Positions 28,518 through 36,174 of a DNA stretch of 64,000 nt are shown in pieces (position 1 is the first letter of the stretch; every line of letters starts with the position of its first letter). The DNA comes from an uncultured Enterobacteriaceae bacterium. GTDB taxonomy: Bacteria > Pseudomonadota > Gammaproteobacteria > Burkholderiales > SG8-39. The notes below the pieces were generated by a model, which saw only the letters and a program-made list of their open reading frames with translations, had not been told where the DNA came from and made no database searches. The stretch is taken from the NCBI GenBank assembly GCA_964400745.1, contig CAYNVY010000001.1:13560-77559 (forward strand), in the 5' to 3' direction. The position numbers and the translations under genes were made by a program.

Positions 28518-28523
28518 CCAGCC

Positions 28524-29612
28524 ATGTCAGCTATTGAGCCAAAATATCTAAACCGCTTCATCCGCTTGCTCCGGCTACTATGGCTGGCAAGTGTCGTTGG
28601 CCTGACGCTTGAAATCGCCGCGCGAGTCGACGATTGGATGCGCTACGACGCACCTCTATTGCGCTCATACGAGTTCGACCGGTTGTTCGAGATTACAGAT
28701 CGCGGTCTCCGCGGAGTACCTCATGGACGCTACATGCGCTGGAGCCTCAATAAAGACGGCTTGCGCGGCCCAGAGATACCGGCCGATGCCGGCCGGACGC
28801 GCGTGATCGTCTATGGTGCTTCGGAGGTCTTCGGTGTCTATGAAGACAACGGCAAGGAGTTCCCGCGTGCCTTGGAAACGGAACTGAACACGCGAACGGC
28901 GCCTGGTCGCTACGACGTCATCAATGCTGGTATTCCCGGGATGCGCGTCGGCTCAGGCGTATCGTTGCTGCGGGAACTTTACGAACGTTTGCGCCCGCGC
29001 GCAATTGTGATTTATCCGACACCAACTCACTACATCGGCGTTACCAAGCCATACTGCGACCGACCGCCAATGCAGGTTTCGGCAAAAGGGTTCCCCTGGC
29101 CCGGCTTGCGCATAGGCGAGAAATTCAAGGATACGGTAAAGGACAATTTGCCCTTGGCCGCCATGACTTTGCTGCGAAAAGCGTCGATTGCCTGGCAGAA
29201 CAGGGGCCATGTGACGCTAGATCGTATCGCGCCTGCCAGTCTCGACGCATTGGAGGTGGACCTGAGATGCGCGCTGCGCACGGCACGTGAATTGCGAATG
29301 ACCGCCATCCTGGTAACCCACGCGAACCGTTTCGGCAACCTGATCCGTCCGGACGACGCGGATAGGTTGACTCAGTGGCGCCTGCAGTATCCCGAGATGC
29401 AGGAAAGTGGTTTCGTCAATCTCGAGGAAAGGGCCAACAAAGTGATTCGTAAAGTGGCGTTGGACGAAAATGTCTTGCTTGTCGACGCGGCTGCGGCGCT
29501 CAACGGTCACGCGGATTGGTTCGCCGATCATGCCCATTTCAGCAACGCCGGGTCGGCTCGGATGGGTGCGCTTCTTGCGCAGGCAGTGCTTGCCGCGCTA
29601 GACGGTCCATGA
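28524..29612 (+). CDS. SGNH/GDSL-like hydrolase-fold protein, probable partner of the MBOAT (AlgJ/AlgX-type role)
   Basis: N-terminal TM anchor, block I VIVYGASEVFG and block V ADHAHFSNAGSARM (DxxH). Lies 7 nt downstream of the MBOAT gene. Confidence 0.6.
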   Translation: MSAIEPKYLNRFIRLLRLLWLASVVGLTLEIAARVDDWMRYDAPLLRSYEFDRLFEITDRGLRGVPHGRYMRWSLNKDGLRGPEIPADAGRTRVIVYGASEVFGVYEDNGKEFPRALETELNTRTAPGRYDVINAGIPGMRVGSGVSLLRELYERLRPRAIVIYPTPTHYIGVTKPYCDRPPMQVSAKGFPWPGLRIGEKFKDTVKDNLPLAAMTLLRKASIAWQNRGHVTLDRIAPASLDALEVDLRCALRTARELRMTAILVTHANRFGNLIRPDDADRLTQWRLQYPEMQESGFVNLEERANKVIRKVALDENVLLVDAAAALNGHADWFADHAHFSNAGSARMGALLAQAVLAALDGP

Positions 29613-29715
29613 ACCTGCGGCAATGATGTCCATTCGCTGTTTCTAGGTTGCGCTGCGCAGGTACAATGACGCAGCTGGCTGGCAACTCAAGGATCTGATT
29701 GATGGTGGCGAAACC

Positions 29716-30717
29716 TTGTTCGACTATTCCCACTTGCGCACAGTTCAAGCACAGCGCGGTCTGCACACAGCCACTATCCAGTTGGAAGGACGCAAATTGC
29801 AGCCGCGTTTGCTGATCACGGTAGACACCGAGTTGTTCTCGAAGTCACCCAAGAGTCAGGGGCTCTGGGGACGGGTGGGCGGCGAGGAGTGGGGTCTGGT
29901 CCGGTTGCTCGCCGTATTCGCCGAGCTTGAGGTCAAGGCCACGTTCTTCCTTGACGCCTATGCGGGGAACGAAGGAGACCTCGCGGAGCAGCGACGCGCC
30001 GCGGAACTCGTTTGCGCGCGAGGCCAAGATCTGCAGCTTCACACCCACCCTGGTCAGTCGTTTGATCGTACGCGCCAACGACTCCGGGACTATAGTCTGC
30101 CGGAACAGGAAGAGATCGTTGAGTTTGGCTGCCGGCGAATTGAGCAATGGACGGGCAAGCGTCCGTTCCTGCATCGCGCGGGAGATTGGGGCGCCGACGA
30201 ACGTACTCTCGAGGTGCTGCGTCGCCGGGGATTCCGCGCCGATTTCTCGGCTAGTCCATGGAGCCAGAATTGCGGATTTGATCCGAAGTGGATCGCTGGC
30301 AACGGATGGACCAGGCAGGAAGGGATGTTATGTGGGGTTGGTACCTGCTATCGGGACCGCCTGACCGGAAGGACGCGCCGTGTCGATCTGGGAGGAACGT
30401 CCTTTCGTGAAACCGAGGAAATGCTTTCACGAGGGATCGACCCCCTGATTCTTACGCTTCACAGTTTCTCGCTCCTTAGGTACAACCGTGCTCGTACTCG
30501 ATTTGCGCCACACCCCGAGTACGTCGAACGACTTCGCGCTTTTTGCGGGCTCGCGCGGACGCAGTGGGGCTACCAAATCATATCGGCTCGGGAGGCGGTT
30601 GCCGAAATACAAGAATGCCCCGATGCGGCGTTGCCTTGGAGCAATCTGCCAACTTCAAGCGTTGGTTCAAGCTGCGCGGGACTTTTGAAATCTGTACGGG
30701 CGCGCTTATCGGGCTAG
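29716..30717 (+). CDS. Polysaccharide deacetylase-like protein (divergent CE4-type)
   Basis: ...LLITVDTELF...ATFFLDAY...LQLHTHP...FLHRAGDWG... resembles the Asp/His metal-site motifs of NodB-fold esterases. TTG start at 29716, so the start is uncertain. Confidence 0.5.
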   Translation: MFDYSHLRTVQAQRGLHTATIQLEGRKLQPRLLITVDTELFSKSPKSQGLWGRVGGEEWGLVRLLAVFAELEVKATFFLDAYAGNEGDLAEQRRAAELVCARGQDLQLHTHPGQSFDRTRQRLRDYSLPEQEEIVEFGCRRIEQWTGKRPFLHRAGDWGADERTLEVLRRRGFRADFSASPWSQNCGFDPKWIAGNGWTRQEGMLCGVGTCYRDRLTGRTRRVDLGGTSFRETEEMLSRGIDPLILTLHSFSLLRYNRARTRFAPHPEYVERLRAFCGLARTQWGYQIISAREAVAEIQECPDAALPWSNLPTSSVGSSCAGLLKSVRARLSG

Positions 30718-30778
30718 GTGCTATCAAATGATGCAAACGCAGTCGGCGCTTGCTCGCGTCTCGCGCTCCGGCGGCCCG

Positions 30779-31459
30779 CTAGAACCTATAGTCCATCCCG
30801 AGCGACCACATCAGGACATCCGCGCTGCCGAATTTAGCGGCGTCCCCGACGTTGCGCGCCGTTTCGAATTCGAGGCGCGCCGCCAAATCGCGTCTGATGT
30901 CGTACGTCACGCCCAAGCCCCAGTGCGAATTCAGTTTTCGCGCCGATTCTGCCGGTAGCGGGATCAAGCCGCCACCGGGGTCAGCCGTGCTCGCCCGGGT
31001 ATTGGTTTGAATCGCCCCGATTTTGCCGAAGCCTGAAAAAGCGCCGGCCATCGGCAGCCAGAGTACGGCGTCGACGCCGTAGCCGTCGACATTGAAACTG
31101 CGCCGCATCGTCGTCACCGGCACGTTCGAGGTAATGGCCGCGGAATAGCTTGGTTTGCCAAAATTCCAGTAGCCGCCTTCGATCGAGAATTGGGGCAGAA
31201 TCTGGTAGCCTATATAGGCCTTCCACATGGTTTCCTTGGCGTCGTCGGAAATCGTCGCCTGGGTCGCGCCGGTCGCGGCAATATTTGCCTTGGTCTGCGC
31301 ATAACCTGTCTTGAACCCATCGCGACCAATCGCGCCGCCGACATACCACGCGGTCACCTTCGCTGGCGCGATATCGACGCTTTGCTGTGCCACGACAGGC
31401 CCGGCTGACAGTGCCGTCACAGCTGCAACGCCCATTTGTAACGCGTTGAAATGCTTCAT
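30779..31459 (-). CDS. Small outer-membrane beta-barrel protein (OmpA-N/OmpW-like, OMP_b-brl)
   Basis: Signal peptide MKHFNALQMGVAAVTALSAGPVVAQQ, alternating-strand pattern, and the terminal ...WSLGMDYRF. Confidence 0.75.
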   Translation of the reverse strand: MKHFNALQMGVAAVTALSAGPVVAQQSVDIAPAKVTAWYVGGAIGRDGFKTGYAQTKANIAATGATQATISDDAKETMWKAYIGYQILPQFSIEGGYWNFGKPSYSAAITSNVPVTTMRRSFNVDGYGVDAVLWLPMAGAFSGFGKIGAIQTNTRASTADPGGGLIPLPAESARKLNSHWGLGVTYDIRRDLAARLEFETARNVGDAAKFGSADVLMWSLGMDYRF

Positions 31460-31876
31460 GCAGCCCCCTGTATCTACAGCATCGACGTTGAAGTATAAGG
31501 TAAAGAATATCATATAACATAATGATTGTCCACATTAAAAATACTTAATGCTTTACCGACATTGAGCTATTGAGAATCGATGTCGATATGTTACGATTCT
31601 AGAGGTGATGCTCTTGGTCGTATCGCCGGTCCACAGAACTTGCCCGGTTTGGTACGGCCCGGTACGATTCAGGCGCGAACATAGTTTAATTGTGCAAAGA
31701 ACCGTTTCAGAGTTGCAGAATTGGCCACTGACATTGGCGAGCTTTTTGGGGAGCATTTTGTAATGGGCTCCAGGTCTGCGCCGGGGTTGCCGAACCGTCG
31801 GGTTGGCGCTGCTGCAAGAACCGCAATATCTCGTTTAATGCAATGGCCACAGGTCATTGAGTATTCCGGAGGTGGT

Positions 31877-34800
31877 ATGGAACATATTTCGACTGCTGAT
31901 GGCTTACTGGGCAACATTCGCATTTTTTCAACGCGGGTGAGGCCATTGTCGTCGTTGGCGGCGGCGCTGCTTGCCGTCGCAATCATCACCGTCTCCGGAT
32001 GCGGCGGCGGGGGGAGCAACGAGTTGGTGACTACGGGGGCTGCGGGTGCGGGAGCCGCGAGTTCGGGAGTCGTCCTGGAACTGAACGGTACTGCGGCCAC
32101 CGGACAGCCGATGGCGAATGCATTGCTGAGCGCCAGTTGCAGTGTCGGCAGCGGTTCAACCACTACCGCGGCGGATGGCTCGTGGCGCCTGTCCATTGCG
32201 GGTGCCGTCGCCCCTTGCGTTATCCAAGTTACCAGCGGCAGTATTACGCTGCATTCTTATGCCGCGGCAGCCGGCGTCGTCAATGTCACCCCGCTGACGG
32301 AGGAAATCCTGCGGTTGGCACTGTCGGGAACGGGCACGACCCCTGCGACGCTCTTTGCCAGCCCGGCTGCCGTGCCGCTCAGCCCGGCGCAATTGCAGGC
32401 GGCTGAGGCATCGGTGAAAGCGAAGCTGGTTAGTTTGGGTGTCGACACGGCCGCGATTGGCGGCAGCCTGCTGACGCAGCCCTTTGCAGCCGATCATACC
32501 GGGATAGACGGCGTTCTTGACCTTGTCGGCGCGACTTTCGTGGCAAAGTACAAACTGACCTTCGCCTCGAACGGCGCGGGCTCCGTGACGACCAGCCCCG
32601 GCGGCATCGCCAATTGCGCCGGCGCTACCTGCACCGCGACCTTCGACCCTGGCACCACCGTAACCCTCACCGCAGCTCCGACGTCAGGGAATGCAGTTTC
32701 GGGTTGGGGTGGCGCCTGCGCGAGTGCTGGCACCAGTGCGCCGACGTGCACTGTGACCATGTCCTCCGATCAGACCGCAAACGTGGCCTTCAGCGGCATT
32801 GCTCCGCCGACCTACACGCTGACATTTACCGCGAGCGGCCCAGGTACGGTGACATCCACTCCAAGCGGCGTCTCCTGCGTAGGGGCTAGCTGCAGCGCAT
32901 CCTTTACTGCGGGTACTGTCGTAACTCTGACGCCAAGCCCGGCTACGAATCCTAAGGTCTGGTCCGGCGCCTGCGCGTCCGCAGGCGCCACTTGCACGGT
33001 GACGATGTCCGCAAACCAGACCGCCGGCGCAACCTTTACACCCTTGTACGCTGCGACTCTTAGCGTGACAGGATCGGGTACAGTGACATCCAGTTCGGGA
33101 GGCATCTCCTGCCCAGGCACTTGCAACAGCGGGTCCGTCATACCTGCGGGCACGGTCGTTACCTTGACGGCTACCCCATCCACGGGATTTTTGGTCACAG
33201 GCTGGACCGGTGCCTGCGCGACTTCGGGTACCGTTGGCACCACCGGTACGTGTTCGGTGACCATGAATGCGAGTCAACCGGCCGGTGCAATCTTTACGCG
33301 CGTGCACGCTGCGATATTTAGTGTCGTTGGATCTGGTACGGTGACATCCAGTTCGGGCGGCATCTCCTGCCCGGGTACCTGCAACAGCGGGGCCGTCATA
33401 CCCGTTGGAACGGTCGTCACCTTCACGGCGAATCCCTCCGCCGGATATCTGGTCACTGGCTGGACGGGGGCTTGCGCGAGTTCCGGCACTGTTGGCGCCA
33501 CCGGGACATGTTCGGTGACCATGAATACGGATCAGACGGCGGGCGTCATCTTTACCCAAGCGTTCGCATTGACGGTTACCCTCTCAGGCGGATCAGGCGG
33601 ACTTGGTACGAGTTCCGTGGGATCCGCTTCAACCCCTGCGGGATCCCCGAGCAATATTTCTTGTACGGCGACCAACAATCCCTGCAGCGCATCGTTCCCC
33701 GCCTTAACCAGCGTGACGCTTTCAGCCAACCCCGGTCCGTCGCAGGTTTTTTCTGGCTGGAGCGGCGGTGGTTGCTCCGGCACCGGGACGTGCGTGGTGG
33801 CGGCGAGCGTCGACAGCAGCGTAACCGCGCAGTTCGCGGATGCGCCTGCATCTTATCTCAAGGTTAGCGTGGCCGGCGGAGGCACGGTTACATCAGACGC
33901 CGGCGCGATTCCTGGCACAATCAACTGCACCGCGGCGGTGTCCGGATACACTGCTGGGTGCAGTGCCACATTCAATACCGGAGCCCCGGTCACGCTGACT
34001 GCGGCTCCAACCGCGGGTTACGCCTTTGCCGGATGGCTCAACTCGGCATCGAGCACAAGCACGCAGACGACGTGCACGGGCACCACAAATCCGTGTCTGA
34101 TTGCATCAAAACCCGCGGCAACACAGTATTTGACTGCGATATTCACGCCAACGGCGACCAATCCGCCCCCAGGTCCCATCCAACTCTATACGGATATAAC
34201 CTCCGGCCCGATAGGGTGCGTAGGAGTGCCGACAGCCTGCGGTCTGTATGCCGGCGAAAATGACGACGGCATCTATCTGTCGGTATTCGGCAAGAATTTC
34301 GGCACTACCGGTCTGGGAACGACTACGAAAGTGTATGTAGACAACATCGAGGTGGCGACCTACAAGCCAACCCATGTGACGGCACTTCCGAATATTGGCG
34401 CGTCTAGGGGCAGGGCCGACGTCCAGCAGATCAACACCCAGGTCGGAAAATTCCGGCTATTGACGAATACCGGCCTTGATGGCCAAGCGCTTCCCATCAA
34501 GGTCGTGACCGATGGCAGGGTTGCGGTCGATCCAAACAGCCTTACCTTCACGGTCAATCCGGGAAGGATCTATTTCGTGAATAACCTCAGCGGCGTCGAT
34601 ACGGCGGATACCACGACTGGCGGCACCTTCGCCGCTCCGTTCTTGACCGTCCAGAAAACTTTGGGTTTGAATTTTTCTATAGCAGCTGCTTCCACGGCAG
34701 GCGCTTGGGGACGCGTGCAGGCCGGCGATTTCCTGGTAATGCGTGGTACAGGGACTCCCTATACAAGGCAGGCAGGGGCTGCCTATTTCATGATGACGCT

Positions 34801-35974
34801 AAACAAGTCCGGCTCTGCGCCGGGTGTCGCTCCCCAATGTACTGGCTGCACGGGAACCGGTCCGATCACACTGATGGGTTACCCGGGGGAGGATGTGTTC
34901 ATCAACGGCCTCTACGATGGAACAGCAACGGGAGGCACGATATCCTCTGCAGACACGGCACGAATTCAGGAATTCAAAGGACACTGGATCAATATCGTCG
35001 GCCTTAGAATCGAAGGGGGAAGGAACGACGGGGCCATCGACACTCAGGCCGGGGGCAGCCACTGGAGGGTAGTCAACAACGAACTGACGGCTGCCACGGC
35101 AGTGGGTAATGTCGTCGCCAGAGCCGCCGGGGCCGCGGGACACGGCAATTGCTGTACCGCGGGGATCATGCCCGGGCCAGGTTATTTGATCATCGGCAAC
35201 AATGTCCATGATATTTTCAACGGGCCGGACAACGGGACCAGCAATTTCGAGAACCACGGTGTGTACCTTTTCGGTCTTGGGAAGACCGAGATTGCATACA
35301 ACCAGTTCAGGAAGATTCGCGGCGGCAACGGAATTTCGACGTTTGCGAATGGTACCAACAACGACTTCAATATAGATGACGTCGATATTCATCACAACAT
35401 ATTCCAGGATATCGGCAAGCATGGCATCAACCTGGCCGATGGGACCCGGAACAATATTCGGATTTGGAACAATATTATTTATGACACGGACCGTGCAGGG
35501 ATTCGCTTCAGCACGACTGTGGCGAACAACACTCAGATATTCAACAATACGATCTACAATACCAACCGGATCAATAATGGCGCCACAGCCGCCATCATGA
35601 GCGAAGGGGTTCTTGGGATTTCAGCGATCGATCTTAGAAACAACATAATTCGTCCAGTTACAGGAGCTTACGCAATCATAAACGGAGCGTTTCCTGGGAC
35701 GGCGACAAACAACCTCTGGTTCGGCGGAACCGGAACCAACCCAGCCACGACGTTTTCCACGAGTTCGCTGGAGACTGATCCCAAGTTTGTTTCCACCACC
35801 GCTGGAGTAGAGGATTTCCGTCTACAGGCAACCAGCCCGGCCATCGGCGCGGGAACCAATGCGGCCGCTGTATCCGCAGTCGTCACGAATGACCTTGATG
35901 TCGCCACTACAGCGGTCACGCAGACCACGCGGCCAATTGGGGGTAGTTGGGATATCGGTGCGTACGAGAGGTAA
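31877..35974 (+). CDS. Giant surface lipoprotein: CarboxypepD_reg-like domain + 6 divergent InlB-B-type repeats + IPT/TIG + right-handed parallel beta-helix (PbH1) domain
   Basis: ATG 31877 has a GGAGG SD 4 nt upstream; lipobox ...LLAVAIITVSGC. Six modules of 80-100 aa have the pattern G.G.VTS.P.GI.C...C...(F/V)..GT.VTLTA.P..G..F.GW.G.C......C.VTM.....V.A.F. Then comes IYLSVFGKNFG...TKVYVD (IPT-like), then repeats such as NNIRIWNNIIYDTDRAGIRFS / NNTQIFNNTIYNTN, ending ...WDIGAYER. Confidence 0.85.
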   Translation: MEHISTADGLLGNIRIFSTRVRPLSSLAAALLAVAIITVSGCGGGGSNELVTTGAAGAGAASSGVVLELNGTAATGQPMANALLSASCSVGSGSTTTAADGSWRLSIAGAVAPCVIQVTSGSITLHSYAAAAGVVNVTPLTEEILRLALSGTGTTPATLFASPAAVPLSPAQLQAAEASVKAKLVSLGVDTAAIGGSLLTQPFAADHTGIDGVLDLVGATFVAKYKLTFASNGAGSVTTSPGGIANCAGATCTATFDPGTTVTLTAAPTSGNAVSGWGGACASAGTSAPTCTVTMSSDQTANVAFSGIAPPTYTLTFTASGPGTVTSTPSGVSCVGASCSASFTAGTVVTLTPSPATNPKVWSGACASAGATCTVTMSANQTAGATFTPLYAATLSVTGSGTVTSSSGGISCPGTCNSGSVIPAGTVVTLTATPSTGFLVTGWTGACATSGTVGTTGTCSVTMNASQPAGAIFTRVHAAIFSVVGSGTVTSSSGGISCPGTCNSGAVIPVGTVVTFTANPSAGYLVTGWTGACASSGTVGATGTCSVTMNTDQTAGVIFTQAFALTVTLSGGSGGLGTSSVGSASTPAGSPSNISCTATNNPCSASFPALTSVTLSANPGPSQVFSGWSGGGCSGTGTCVVAASVDSSVTAQFADAPASYLKVSVAGGGTVTSDAGAIPGTINCTAAVSGYTAGCSATFNTGAPVTLTAAPTAGYAFAGWLNSASSTSTQTTCTGTTNPCLIASKPAATQYLTAIFTPTATNPPPGPIQLYTDITSGPIGCVGVPTACGLYAGENDDGIYLSVFGKNFGTTGLGTTTKVYVDNIEVATYKPTHVTALPNIGASRGRADVQQINTQVGKFRLLTNTGLDGQALPIKVVTDGRVAVDPNSLTFTVNPGRIYFVNNLSGVDTADTTTGGTFAAPFLTVQKTLGLNFSIAAASTAGAWGRVQAGDFLVMRGTGTPYTRQAGAAYFMMTLNKSGSAPGVAPQCTGCTGTGPITLMGYPGEDVFINGLYDGTATGGTISSADTARIQEFKGHWINIVGLRIEGGRNDGAIDTQAGGSHWRVVNNELTAATAVGNVVARAAGAAGHGNCCTAGIMPGPGYLIIGNNVHDIFNGPDNGTSNFENHGVYLFGLGKTEIAYNQFRKIRGGNGISTFANGTNNDFNIDDVDIHHNIFQDIGKHGINLADGTRNNIRIWNNIIYDTDRAGIRFSTTVANNTQIFNNTIYNTNRINNGATAAIMSEGVLGISAIDLRNNIIRPVTGAYAIINGAFPGTATNNLWFGGTGTNPATTFSTSSLETDPKFVSTTAGVEDFRLQATSPAIGAGTNAAAVSAVVTNDLDVATTAVTQTTRPIGGSWDIGAYER
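32549..34152 (+). repeat. Array of six divergent InlB-B-like (Cys-pair) modules within the giant lipoprotein gene
   Basis: Modules start at YKLTFAS (32549), YTLTFTA, YAATLSV (33047), HAAIFSV (33305), FALTVTL and YLKVSVA. Each has two Cys pairs and the GT.VTLTA.P..G..(F/V).GW core. Confidence 0.8.
33047..33562 (+). repeat. Tandem 258-nt (86-codon) duplication, modules 3 and 4
   Basis: 33047-33304 versus 33305-33562: 68 of 86 aa are identical by direct alignment, with many synonymous differences at the DNA level. Confidence 0.85.
34175..35974 (+). repeat. Copy 1 of a ~1.8-kb tandem gene-segment duplication (IPT + beta-helix)
   Basis: Collinear with 36277-38031. Long near-identical DNA runs occur, e.g. 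GGGGACGCGTGCAGGCCGGCGATTTCCTGGTAATGCG (34707-) versus GGGGACGCGTACAGGCAGGGGATTTCATGGTAATGCG (36749-). Confidence 0.85.
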
Positions 35975-36174
35975 CCGGAACGCGCGCTCGGTCTACTGCC
36001 CGTCTGGCGATTTTCCGAGTAGTCGATTGAACGGTACGCGCTTGGGTTCATCACTGCAATTGCCTTGATGATCGGCCACGCGCGCGAGTTCTCTGGTCGA
36101 AGACCTTTTTTGCGGCACGCAGGTCGCATGCAAGCTGGTACGCTGCGCACTAGAATGCTTGGCGACCTATCCAT

